The notes beneath the pieces are model-generated. The model saw nothing but the letters and a program-made list of their open reading frames with translations, was not told the DNA's origin and did no database searches. A stretch of 53,515 bases of DNA from a bacterium (GTDB taxonomy: Bacteria; Patescibacteriota; Dojkabacteria; JAKAPS01): assembly GCA_021806925.1 (NCBI GenBank), contig JAKAPS010000007.1, positions 1-53,515 of the forward strand. The letters run 5' to 3'. Below are positions 1 to 9,453 of this stretch, one piece after another. Made by a program: the position numbers and the translations under genes. The first letter of the stretch is position 1. The number at the start of each line of letters is the position of its first letter.

Positions 1-128
1 CAACGCCGAAGAAAGATTCTTACAGGACACTCTGTTTACCAAATGAAGTGGAATTCCCTAAAACCATCTATTACAACCAAAATTCAATTCTATTTAAAAA
101 ATTGATCCCTCATTCGCGATACTCGTGA

Positions 129-623
129 ATGAATAAAAAACACTCACAAATAAAGAAAACTTCATGTGTTATTTACGCTAGAGCAGCTTCTCAAGATTTA
201 TCAAAAAACGCTAATTCACTTCTTGAGCAAGTAAAACGTCTTGAAGGATATGCCCAGGTAAATCATTTAAAAATAAAAGAATCTTTCCTAGAGATAGGAT
301 CAGGTGCGGTAATAAATCCAAAACTAAAAGAAATGCTTGCATACATGGAAGCAAATGGAATAGAAAATATATTAACAAATGATATAAACCGAATTGCAAG
401 AAACGATGCCATATTTACCGAGATTTGCAATCTAGCTTATGTAAAGCAAATTACAACCCCATCCTATACCTTCCATCTTGATAATAAAGGGGATGCCCTT
501 ATGCTCACTATTCTAAGGGGTATTGAGTCTACAATGCATTCGGTTAGATCAATACAGGCTAAGCAGGCATATATCCGTGCAAAAAATAATACCTTAGAGA
601 AAAATACCCATGGAAAACACTAA
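129..623 (+). CDS. Small serine recombinase (resolvase-like catalytic domain only)
   Basis: N-terminal VIYARAAS and DINRIARN motifs of serine recombinases; no DNA-binding domain visible; overlaps the next recombinase by 14 nt. Confidence 0.8.
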   Translation: MNKKHSQIKKTSCVIYARAASQDLSKNANSLLEQVKRLEGYAQVNHLKIKESFLEIGSGAVINPKLKEMLAYMEANGIENILTNDINRIARNDAIFTEICNLAYVKQITTPSYTFHLDNKGDALMLTILRGIESTMHSVRSIQAKQAYIRAKNNTLEKNTHGKH

Positions 624-2373
624 CGATATTATTTGGTATGTTTATGCAAGGAAAAGCTCGGAAGATAAGGATAAACAAGTTCAATCAATCCCAGATCAAA
701 TTGAACGGTTGGAAGAATTTGCAGCCCGGAATGGAATGATATTGAAAAAACCATATTATTCAGAGGAAAAATCAGCAAAAGCTCCATATAAGCGACCTGT
801 TTTTGCTAAGATGCTTGAAGACATCCAAAAAGAGAGCCAGAAGGGAAAGGTACGGGTCGGAATTGTAACGTGGGCCTTCAATCGCCTCTCACGCAATCCT
901 ATCGAATCGGCATTTTTGCAGTGGATGCTCCAAGAAAAAGTAATTGCAGAAATTAGAACCTATGATCGAACATATCTTCCCGATGATAATGCATTACTTA
1001 TTAATGTAGAAAGCGGATTTGCAAATCAGTTTATTCTTGATTTAAAGAAAAATACACAGCGTGGCATTGATAGGAAGTATACATTAGGTTGGAAGCCAAA
1101 CCTTGCACCTATTGGATATAAAAATGTTGGAGAGACTAAGGGTGAAAAAACGATTGAGGTTGATGAAGTACGGTTTGATCTTGTTAGAAAAATGTGGGAT
1201 ATGATGCTAACAGGAACCTACACACCAGATCAAATTCTTACTATTGCAAGCGAGGAGTGGCATCTTACAACGATAAAAAGAAGAAGAATTGGCGGAAAGC
1301 CATTGACTCGAAGCGGAATCTATCGCATGTTTAACAACATCTTTTATACCGGTCTTATTAAAAAGAAAGATGGCAGAGAGTATGAAGGTAAACACAGACC
1401 AATGATTTCTCTTGAAGAATTTGCAACAGTTCAGCAAATCTTACATAGAGGCCAGGATGGTACAGAACAAAGAGGCAATACCACCAAACATGAACATCCA
1501 TTTACCCAAATGATCCGGTGTAACGAATGTGGATGCTTATATACCGCAGAAACAAAGAAGAAGTTTATTAAATCAAAGGGGCGATATGAGTATTTCACCT
1601 ACTACCATTGTACAAGAAGGAAAAAGACAATTAATTGTACACAAAGGCAATACATTACGTCGGGGGATCTTGAATCCCAAATTGATGCATATATTAAGTC
1701 CATCACAATACTGCCTGAATTTCGACAGTGGGCATTGGAGATTATTGGAAGAAAGAATGATATGGAAATCGAAGAGCGCCAAAATATTTATGAATTAACA
1801 GACAATGAGCTTAAAACAGCCCAGCGGGAACTGGATAACCTAACTCGGATGCGTTACAAGGAACAAATCACCGAAGATTATTATGAAAGAGAAAAGCTTC
1901 TATTACAAGCAAAGATTGCCAAATGCGAAGAAGATCTACGACATACACAACACAGGGCAAAGGAATGGCTTGAATTAACCGAGGATGCTTTCAATTTTGT
2001 CACATATGCCCGTGTACACTTCCTGACAGGTGATATTCATACCAAGAAACAAATCCTTATGGATTTAGGTAAGAACCCGGTAGTAAGGGATGGAAAGATT
2101 GTCATTGAGCTAAATGAATGGCTTCGCCCCATTGAGGAAGGGTATAAATCACTGGAAGAAAGATATCTTCGGTTAGAACCAAAAGAATCCCTTGATAAAG
2201 GGGTTAATGAAGAGATCGACCAATTATGTTTACTATGGGGTTCAAGACGAGACACTATTCGAACTCGTGACTACATTTTTAAACTGTTAGAATCGTCTGG
2301 TAAAATCTTTATAGAAATGAATTTGAGTGGAACGGATAGAATGGATTTGTTATATGCTATTAAATTTGATTAG
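610..2373 (+). CDS. Large serine recombinase / integrase (catalytic, recombinase, zinc-ribbon and coiled-coil domains)
   Basis: YVYARKSSED catalytic motif, FNRLSRN, APIGY, N.FYTG, H.PMIS, CNEC...YYHC...C zinc ribbon, coiled coil. Confidence 0.93.
   Translation: MENTNDIIWYVYARKSSEDKDKQVQSIPDQIERLEEFAARNGMILKKPYYSEEKSAKAPYKRPVFAKMLEDIQKESQKGKVRVGIVTWAFNRLSRNPIESAFLQWMLQEKVIAEIRTYDRTYLPDDNALLINVESGFANQFILDLKKNTQRGIDRKYTLGWKPNLAPIGYKNVGETKGEKTIEVDEVRFDLVRKMWDMMLTGTYTPDQILTIASEEWHLTTIKRRRIGGKPLTRSGIYRMFNNIFYTGLIKKKDGREYEGKHRPMISLEEFATVQQILHRGQDGTEQRGNTTKHEHPFTQMIRCNECGCLYTAETKKKFIKSKGRYEYFTYYHCTRRKKTINCTQRQYITSGDLESQIDAYIKSITILPEFRQWALEIIGRKNDMEIEERQNIYELTDNELKTAQRELDNLTRMRYKEQITEDYYEREKLLLQAKIAKCEEDLRHTQHRAKEWLELTEDAFNFVTYARVHFLTGDIHTKKQILMDLGKNPVVRDGKIVIELNEWLRPIEEGYKSLEERYLRLEPKESLDKGVNEEIDQLCLLWGSRRDTIRTRDYIFKLLESSGKIFIEMNLSGTDRMDLLYAIKFD
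2235..2271 (-). other. Putative att site: tRNA 3'-end mimic inside the recombinase gene
   Basis: Minus strand GTCACGAGTTCGA-ATAGT-GTCTCGTCTTGAACCCCA aligns to the tRNA-His 3' end GTCGTGGGTTCAA-ATCCCACCTTTCACCCA with a 5-nt insertion; the ACGAG/CTCGT T-stem still pairs. Confidence 0.6.
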
Positions 2374-3351
2374 AAATGTTTGAAATAAGTTCATTTTTAT
2401 TTTTAAAACCCCATCTGTCGTTGGAATATATACGTAAGGAAATCGTATTTGGACCTTTTTAGACTTATTTGATTGAATAAACTCAGCGTTATCAATAAAT
2501 AACTTTCTATTTTTTAATTGTAGATAACATCGATCGAGTGGCCAAAGGTATGGATAAAGCTTCACTTTATTTTCAATGTCTCTTCCTTTCTCAATTTGAG
2601 GTGATATTTTTCTATATTTCTCATATTTATCTGTTTTAGAGGCTAGAGATTCATTTTGAATAGTAGGGTTCAGTAGCCCTGATAGATATGATATCACATC
2701 AGAAATTAAGAAAGAAGCAGTAATTTTTTCTATTTTATACTCTAAATCAATAGCATTATCCGTATTTTCTATCTTAAAAATATGTTGACTTAAAATTCTT
2801 CCCCCATCCATCGTTTTATCCAAAAGCATAAAAGTAACAGCCGATTCACAATCGTTATTTTTCAATGCCCATAAAGTGGGCAAAGATCCGCGATATTGAG
2901 GCAATTTGGAGGGGTGAATATTAATGCTTCCGAATTTAGGTGAAAGTATAATTTCTGTTGGTAATAGCCACCAATTATTGATAACATTGATGTCTATCTG
3001 ATTCGATTTTACATATTTCTGAAATTCTTTAGTGTCTTTCAAATCAATAATCTTTATATTTTGAGAGATAATATAGTAGAGATAGTTGCTATATTTATTA
3101 TAAATTGATGAAGAAGAAAAGTTTACAAAATGCCAAATCTTATATGAAATAAGTTTTAACTTTCTGAATCTATCTATATAATGCAAAAAATATACTAGTT
3201 TAAAAAGTAAATTAGCAGGGTTAAATGTATTATGATGAATAAAATCCGGAATCAAATTTACAGCTTTAATATCAACTCTTTTGTCTTCTAACAAGAGGAC
3301 GAAAGTATTTATATCTAAACCAATATATATAACAGAATATTTTCTTTCCAT
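2350..3351 (-). CDS. Formyltransferase (Fmt/ArnA-like, 10-formyl-THF dependent)
   Basis: INIHPSKLPQYRGSLPTLWAL and MDGGRI motifs; long atypical N-terminus, so probably not the housekeeping fmt. Confidence 0.85.
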   Translation of the reverse strand: MERKYSVIYIGLDINTFVLLLEDKRVDIKAVNLIPDFIHHNTFNPANLLFKLVYFLHYIDRFRKLKLISYKIWHFVNFSSSSIYNKYSNYLYYIISQNIKIIDLKDTKEFQKYVKSNQIDINVINNWWLLPTEIILSPKFGSINIHPSKLPQYRGSLPTLWALKNNDCESAVTFMLLDKTMDGGRILSQHIFKIENTDNAIDLEYKIEKITASFLISDVISYLSGLLNPTIQNESLASKTDKYEKYRKISPQIEKGRDIENKVKLYPYLWPLDRCYLQLKNRKLFIDNAEFIQSNKSKKVQIRFPYVYIPTTDGVLKIKMNLFQTFLIKFNSI

Positions 3352-3353
3352 CT

Positions 3354-4601
3354 TTATCTTTCAAGATAGTCTTTTACTTTTTTAAAAGCTTCAAGAAGTT
3401 GATCTACTTCACTATCTGTGTTTGCTGCTGTGAATGTAAGTCTATGACATTCTTCTCCTTCTTTTACCATTGGAAATGGAGCAACGGTAACAAGTATTCC
3501 TTCATCAAATAGAATATTAGCCGTTTCTATTAATTTTTGTGTATCTCCAATATGCACTGAAACAATAGGATAGCCAGTTTTATTATGTAGTTTGAAACCT
3601 AACTCTTTTAATCCTATGATTGCTTTTTGAGTTACATCCCATAATTGTTTTCGATATATATCTCCTCTTTTTTCATTGATTTCTATACCAGTATATAGGG
3701 TTGCAAGTGAGGCTGTTGGGCATGGACCAGATAAATCATACGGAGTAGCAAATGCTTCTAAGAATGTCTTCATCTCATTTGAGCAGCCTATAAAGGCGGC
3801 AAGCGATGAGTACGCTTTCGAGCATCCACCAACATAAAGAATGTTATTGTAATCATATCCGAAGTATTTCACTATACCATTTCCTTTATGACCAAGAGGA
3901 GATTCCTCAGAAGGGTTTTCTCCAATTACTCCAAAACCATGTGCATCATCTATGTATAATAAAGCATCATATTTTTTAGCTAATTCAACTAATTTTGGAA
4001 TATTGGCATAATCACCTGTCATGCTATATATGCCATCAATAAGTATAACTTTTCTTGGATTATCTTTATGTAAATTCAATAACTCTTCAAGTTTCACAAA
4101 ATCATCTTGTGCAAAGCTTACTAGTGTGGCACCGCCGTCTCTGGCTATTTTTGAAGCCTCATACATTGTTTCATGTGCTGATTTGTCTAGAAAAAGAACT
4201 CCGGACTTTCCTACTAATGCTGGCAATACTCCAATAGAAATTAAAGTAACTGTTGGTAATATTAATGTCGTTTCCGTTCCGATAAGGTTAGCCAATTTTT
4301 CTTCAACTTCATTATAAATATGTGGGCTTGCCACAAGTCTGCACCAGCTTGGATGAACACCCCACTTTTCTATATTTGGTAGTACCCCATTCTCCATCTC
4401 TGGATCTAAATCTAGTCCTAAATAGTTGCAGGATGCAAAATCTATAACCCAATGGTCTGAAGAAGTTCTTATTTTTCTCCCTTTTATTTCTAAAGCAGTG
4501 ACATTATATTGTTTCATTGTTTTAAACATTTCCCTGATTAAACCCCTTCTATTCTCTTTCATGTTTATCTCTATGATCTTTTGTTGTGTTGCGTCTAACA
4601 T
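3354..4601 (-). CDS. PLP-dependent alpha-oxoamine synthase (BioF/SPT/CqsA family)
   Basis: DFASCNYLGL, DGIYSMTGD, IDDAHGFG and SKA (PLP lysine) motifs. Confidence 0.9.
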   Translation of the reverse strand: MLDATQQKIIEINMKENRRGLIREMFKTMKQYNVTALEIKGRKIRTSSDHWVIDFASCNYLGLDLDPEMENGVLPNIEKWGVHPSWCRLVASPHIYNEVEEKLANLIGTETTLILPTVTLISIGVLPALVGKSGVLFLDKSAHETMYEASKIARDGGATLVSFAQDDFVKLEELLNLHKDNPRKVILIDGIYSMTGDYANIPKLVELAKKYDALLYIDDAHGFGVIGENPSEESPLGHKGNGIVKYFGYDYNNILYVGGCSKAYSSLAAFIGCSNEMKTFLEAFATPYDLSGPCPTASLATLYTGIEINEKRGDIYRKQLWDVTQKAIIGLKELGFKLHNKTGYPIVSVHIGDTQKLIETANILFDEGILVTVAPFPMVKEGEECHRLTFTAANTDSEVDQLLEAFKKVKDYLER

Positions 4602-4730
4602 AACTCTGCTGTTAATATATTATCGGTTTGATTATAGCTCAAATATTTAAGAAATGGAAATGCAATATTTTCTTTATAATTGACTTGAACACTTGACATT
4701 CATGAGTTTTAAGAGTAAAAACATTCTAAA

Positions 4731-5429
4731 ATGAACATTATAATGAATATATTTAAAAGAAAGAACAAATTTACTGAAACTCCTGTTCCAGGAAGTGTTA
4801 GTGAAGAGTATTTCTATAGAATGCTTTCTCCCTATGCTTTAAAATATTCTGCGCCTTATAACATAGAGGAAGAAAGTGCACTTAAAGAATTATTATCAAA
4901 GAATAGCTTTAAGGACAATACGAGCCTTGCTGTTATAGGATGCGGAGACCTTTGGTATGTGGATTTAGCACGAAGGTATAATATGGGATATGTTGCAGTT
5001 GAACCATTAATAGACATATTTGTAAATAAATATATTCAATCATTGATTAACAGTTTTGGAAATATTTATCTTATTAAAAGTAAGTTTGGGGAGATAAATA
5101 GTAATAGTTTGCCGTCAGGGAATTTACTTTGGGTTTTTACGTTTAATATACTCGCTTATATTGAAAACCCTATAGAACATATCAATAAATATTTAAGGCA
5201 AGGAGATATTTTATTCATATCGTCCTGGTGTCAAAATAAAGAAGCAAAATATGTTAGGAAAGAGTATTTTGATTATCTAAATAGTTTTGAGCGTGAAGTT
5301 GTTATCAATCCAGAAGAAACAATTGGTTTGTGTAAGTTAGATATTTTCCCTTTTAATGAACTTAAGTACTATAAGACGCATATACGAATAAAAGGTAAAA
5401 TTACTGATGTCCTTATAATTTATACTTAA
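4731..5429 (+). CDS. Class I SAM-dependent methyltransferase-like protein
   Basis: LAVIGCGD motif-I-like loop followed by YVAVEP; YLRQGDILFIS resembles the L..GG motif. Confidence 0.55.
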   Translation: MNIIMNIFKRKNKFTETPVPGSVSEEYFYRMLSPYALKYSAPYNIEEESALKELLSKNSFKDNTSLAVIGCGDLWYVDLARRYNMGYVAVEPLIDIFVNKYIQSLINSFGNIYLIKSKFGEINSNSLPSGNLLWVFTFNILAYIENPIEHINKYLRQGDILFISSWCQNKEAKYVRKEYFDYLNSFEREVVINPEETIGLCKLDIFPFNELKYYKTHIRIKGKITDVLIIYT

Positions 5430-5432
5430 TAT

Positions 5433-7019
5433 ATGAGATACTTACTGCATGATGTTTTCCTCAAATCGGTTAGAAAATTCCCTAAAAATATTGCAATTTA
5501 TGAAGAAAATGGCAATGAAATAACATATACCCAACTCAATACGTTATCAAATCAATTCGCTAATTATTTAAGTCAATACAAAGGAGAGATTAGGAATAAT
5601 CCATTTGTTGGAATAATTTCTCCTGTACATATTAATAGTATTGCATCGATACTTGGAGTTTTAAAAATAGGTGGTGCATATATTCCTTTAGATGAATATT
5701 CTCCGGTTGATAGACTTGAAAAAATTATAGAAAATACAAAGTTAGACGTAGTTTTGGTAGACTCTCATTATTTTGAAAAATATACTTCATTGTTCGATAA
5801 TTCTTTGATAAAAAAAGTTATACTCTTGGATAATAATATCCCAGATTGGCATAACGAAAAAATTGTCAGTTTTGAAACAGTAAAGTCGTTTTCAGATACG
5901 GAACCTAATACATTAAATCAGGTATGCGATGATCTTGCATATATTTTACATAGTTCAGGGTCAACCGGTGTTCCAAAGGGAATTATGCTAACTCATAGAA
6001 ATGCTAGGACTTTTGTTGATTGGATGCAAAAAGAGTTCGCATTAACAGAAAGTGATGTTGTAATGTCAAGAGCACCATTTAAATTTGATTTATCTGTATT
6101 TGATATCTTTAATACACTGAATGTGGGAGCAAAGTTAGTCTGTTATGACTGGAATAATAAAAGGGAAGAAGATGAGAGGCATAAATCATATGTACGGTTA
6201 ATGTCTGCCCAAAAGGCTACAATCCTTTACACAACACCATCCACATTTATCTCTTTAATGAATAGAGGTGAGTTAGGTAAGTCAGATATTTGTTTAAGAG
6301 AAATAATGTATGCTGGAGAACCGTTTCCTACTCCACTTATAAGGAGATTGCAATCTATATTACCAAATACTAAGATTGCTAATATTTATGGGCCAACTGA
6401 AACAAATATTATTACCTATTATTGGATTGATGAAATTCCTGAAAATAATACCCCTATACCCCTAGGAAGAGAAGTTGAAGATACAGAAATCTTAATTGTA
6501 AAAGAAGAGGGTGATAGAATTTGTGATGCAAATGAACTTGGTGAAATATGGTGTAGAGGTGGGACTGTTACTTTAGGGTATTTGGGAATGGAAGAAAAAA
6601 CGAGATTATGTTTAGTTGATAGCCCTTTTCACAAATACCCAGCAAAGTTCTGGCGAACTGGTGATTATGGATTTAGGGACGAGAAAGGAATTTTGCACTA
6701 TAGAGGGAGAAAAGATCATATGGTAAAAGTAAAAGGATTTAGAATAGAGCTAGGAGAGGTTGAATCTGCTTTATCTAACATAGATGAATTGGATGAATTT
6801 GTTGTAGTGGCTATCCCTGATGAAAAATATGGTAATAGATTATATTGTTATTACGTAAATAAAAAGGGGCATTCTCTATCAGAAGAAGATATTAAATCAT
6901 TTCTTCTAACGAAGATACCAGAATATATGACTCCTTATAAATTTATTGAAAAAGAAATTCTTCCTAAAACTTCCTCTGGTAAGATTGATCGAGTGTTACT
7001 AGCAGAAACTACTATTTAA
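5433..7019 (+). CDS. Stand-alone amino-acid adenylation domain (NRPS A-domain / DltA-like)
   Basis: ITYTQL, GAYIPLD, AYILHSSGSTGVPKG, FDLSV, NIYGPTE, RTGD, GRKDHMVKVKGFRIELGEVE and LPKTSSGKIDR core motifs. Confidence 0.93.
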   Translation: MRYLLHDVFLKSVRKFPKNIAIYEENGNEITYTQLNTLSNQFANYLSQYKGEIRNNPFVGIISPVHINSIASILGVLKIGGAYIPLDEYSPVDRLEKIIENTKLDVVLVDSHYFEKYTSLFDNSLIKKVILLDNNIPDWHNEKIVSFETVKSFSDTEPNTLNQVCDDLAYILHSSGSTGVPKGIMLTHRNARTFVDWMQKEFALTESDVVMSRAPFKFDLSVFDIFNTLNVGAKLVCYDWNNKREEDERHKSYVRLMSAQKATILYTTPSTFISLMNRGELGKSDICLREIMYAGEPFPTPLIRRLQSILPNTKIANIYGPTETNIITYYWIDEIPENNTPIPLGREVEDTEILIVKEEGDRICDANELGEIWCRGGTVTLGYLGMEEKTRLCLVDSPFHKYPAKFWRTGDYGFRDEKGILHYRGRKDHMVKVKGFRIELGEVESALSNIDELDEFVVVAIPDEKYGNRLYCYYVNKKGHSLSEEDIKSFLLTKIPEYMTPYKFIEKEILPKTSSGKIDRVLLAETTI

Positions 7020-7506
7020 CCTATTTACTATGAAAATTGGATTAATTGTGGCAATAAAACCTGAAGCTGACAGAATTGCATTAGCACTTGGTCTTACTCA
7101 GGTTGAAGTGCAGGATTATTCATACTGTATGTATACTAATCCTGATAATAATATCATTATGCTTACTCCTGGAGCTGACCCAGCCTTTATTGCTTACGAC
7201 AATCAGCCGGTATGCCGCGCAGGAAAAGTGTCAGCAGGAATCATTACAACAATATTAATTGAAAGATATCATCCTGATGTAATTATAAACTGCGGAACTG
7301 CTGCTGGAATTGCAACGAATAATGTTCATATAGGAGATATTGTTGTTGCAAATGCTGTTGCAAATCATGATATACATATTCCTCTACCAGGCTATGATGC
7401 TTATGGCATAAGAAAGATAACTTTAAAAGGAATTGAACTGTTTGAAAGAATAACATTTCCATATAAACAAGGAACAGTATCTAGTGGAGAATCTTTTACT
7501 AGTGGA

Positions 7507-8325
7507 TCAATTCTTAAGTAAGGTAACATTGGTTAAGACATTGCCAATAAGAGTATCAATAGCTTTTGAATCAGTGATAGACCAATGGTATGGTTTTGCT
7601 AATGTGTTTGTATAATAGATAATATACTTTTCAATTTTTTCTTTTAGATCTTGTATAGAGGTAAAATTACCTCTTCTAATGACTCTTCGAGAGAATGATG
7701 AGAACCAGCATTCAATAGGATTAAGCCAAGAGCAATGTTTTGGGGTAAAGACAAATCGTATCGCATGAGTGGTGTCAGAAAGATATGCCTTACGAGTTTT
7801 CTTGTTTTGTAATATCCCACTTTTCCCTTTGATTCCTAATGCTTGTGTATCTCCCAGTCGTTTTGCAACCTCTCTGACAATACCTTCTGACATATGAGTA
7901 TTCAAATTATCTTCCATAATGATCCACCCTTTGGCATTAGGATCAGAGTCAAATAGCGTTTGCATATGCTCAACATAATCCTTTTGTGTACGGGTTTTGG
8001 CAATGGTAGGAGAAATGATATTTCCTGTGGCTACATCCATATTGGCGGTTAAACATTGTGTCCCATGTCGTATGTAATTATATTCTCCTCTTTCTACTTT
8101 TCCTTCCTGGATAGGTAATATGACACCATCTCGTTGTATCGCTTGTATCGCTTGTATTCCTGGTTTCTCATCAATACTTATCGTACGTATTCCCTTCTGT
8201 GAATATGCTATTGCCTCTTTTCTGATTTCACATATCTGCCTCACTTCATATCTAAATGCTTCTGGATCTTCTATATGGGGATGTTCCCATAAGGCATACC
8301 CATTTGGATTAATATCTGCTCTCTT
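7507..8325 (-). CDS. IS630 transposase, DDE domain (frame open from 8325; ORF track starts it at 8244)
   Basis: SIDEKPGIQA, YIRHGT, DNLNTH and FTPKHCSWLNPIECWFS motifs. Confidence 0.92.
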   Translation of the reverse strand, partial: KRADINPNGYALWEHPHIEDPEAFRYEVRQICEIRKEAIAYSQKGIRTISIDEKPGIQAIQAIQRDGVILPIQEGKVERGEYNYIRHGTQCLTANMDVATGNIISPTIAKTRTQKDYVEHMQTLFDSDPNAKGWIIMEDNLNTHMSEGIVREVAKRLGDTQALGIKGKSGILQNKKTRKAYLSDTTHAIRFVFTPKHCSWLNPIECWFSSFSRRVIRRGNFTSIQDLKEKIEKYIIYYTNTLAKPYHWSITDSKAIDTLIGNVLTNVTLLKN

Positions 8326-8797
8326 TTAAAAAACGACCCACATGAGCAGGGGATATACTGACTACATACCCCAGATCACTCGCTGCCTGTGCAAGGGACA
8401 CATGTGTCCAATTTGTTATGGGGACTCCTACACTTTCTGGCCTTTGTTTTGCCAATGATCGTATTTGTTCTTTTTCTCCTTCACTAAACTTCTTTGGATG
8501 ACCTGACTTTGGTTTATCCCACAACAATCTCATTATTGCTTCTTCATATTCTTGCTCTGATAATGAGCTTAGCGCTAATCCATTTCTCTCTTCCTCTACA
8601 CTATTCCATTCTTTTACCCAATGCCATACACTTTTTCTACATATTCCTAATTCTTTTCCTATTTGAGTCGGTTTCTTCTTCTCTCCATTCTTCTTTATTA
8701 TACTCGCTCTTTGACGTATTGAATATGATATACTTCGTTTTGATGATATCTTTGTTAGAGCTTTTAACTCCTTTTCACTTATTTCTGTTTCTAACAT
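8309..8797 (-). CDS. IS630 transposase, N-terminal HTH part
   Basis: HTH, DKPKSGHP and P...GVPITNWT..LA motifs; ends just after a T6A4 slippery run where the downstream frame begins. Confidence 0.88.
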   Translation of the reverse strand: MLETEISEKELKALTKISSKRSISYSIRQRASIIKKNGEKKKPTQIGKELGICRKSVWHWVKEWNSVEEERNGLALSSLSEQEYEEAIMRLLWDKPKSGHPKKFSEGEKEQIRSLAKQRPESVGVPITNWTHVSLAQAASDLGYVVSISPAHVGRFLKESRY

Positions 8798-9216
8798 ATG
8801 GGGCTTTTTTATGTATATGTATATCTCTATACTATCACACCGTTACCACTCTTGTGAATCATTCCACTAGTAATCATGATGAATGGGAAACAATGATAAA
8901 GAACAATACCTATGCAAAAGAAATGGAAGCTGCTGGAGTTATTCAAGCTACTGAAATACTGAAATTCTCTAATACTATATACATTATTAAGGCTATTACT
9001 GACCAAGAAAGTGAAGAGTCATCAAATACACAACAAGCAAGTGATTTTGTAAATAACTTTGAATTGGCTATGAAAAATTTATGTCAGTTTATACTTGAAA
9101 CGGTTAAGGTTATAAAGGAAGACTTTTGAGAATAAACCTTAGGTAATTTTATTACATTGGGTTCGAAGTCCCATCTTGGGGTGTCCAGAAGTGTTGATTT
9201 GAAAGGGAAGAAAAAA

Positions 9217-9294
9217 TGGGTGAAAGGTGGGATTTGAACCCACGACCCTCTGTTCCACAGACAGATGCTCTAACCAAGCTGAGCTACATTCACC
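9217..9294 (-). tRNA. tRNA-His (GTG)
   Basis: Cloverleaf with encoded G-1, anticodon arm TCTGT-CTGTGGA-ACAGA, T-arm GTGGG-TTCAAAT-CCCAC; one T:T mismatch in the acceptor stem. Confidence 0.95.
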
Positions 9295-9414
9295 AAACAA
9301 ATAATATACCATCTCATTTTATCAAATTTCGGTAAAAATAGGAATTAGAAGATCAGGAGTATTTAAAATATGTAAGTACCAAGAAATATAGTAGAATTAA
9401 TTACATATCTTGTA

Positions 9415-9444
9415 TTGACTAAAACAGATAATACAAGATATAGT
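9415..9444 (+). promoter_or_regulatory. Putative sigma70 promoter of pyrG
   Basis: TTGACT-N18-TATAGT, 9 nt upstream of the ATG at 9454. Confidence 0.55.
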
Positions 9445-9453
9445 TGTTTAAGA

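Larger units (their letters stand above)
7502..8867 (-). mobile_element. IS630-family insertion sequence
   Basis: TA duplication (7500-7501 and 8868-8869) in an ACTAGT target; imperfect terminal IRs GTGGATCAATTCTTAAGTAAGGTAAC and GTGGAATGATTCACAAGAGTGGTAAC. Confidence 0.93.
7030..9129 (+). pseudogene. mtnN: 5'-methylthioadenosine/S-adenosylhomocysteine nucleosidase, interrupted by IS630 (halves 7030-7501 and 8870-9129)
   Basis: N-half has GKVSA, IINCGTAAG, IGDIVV and SSGESF; C-half has EMEAAG and KAITD; removing the IS and one TA restores an in-frame 243-aa ORF (..ESFTSNHDEW..). Confidence 0.9.
2236..9220. mobile_element. Integrase-less cargo cassette integrated at the tRNA-His 3' end
   Basis: Bounded by the att-like mimic at about 2236 and the tRNA-His 3' end at about 9217; contains only non-housekeeping genes plus an IS. 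Confidence 0.6.

Noticed and set aside
3354-4601. Housekeeping bioF, with neighbouring fmt and dltA
   Set aside because: No other bio or dlt genes are present, the context is a mobile cassette, and the termini are atypical; gene symbols withheld
8494-9129. 211-aa plus-strand ORF as a real gene
   Set aside because: It is antisense IS630 sequence fused to the mtnN C-terminal half
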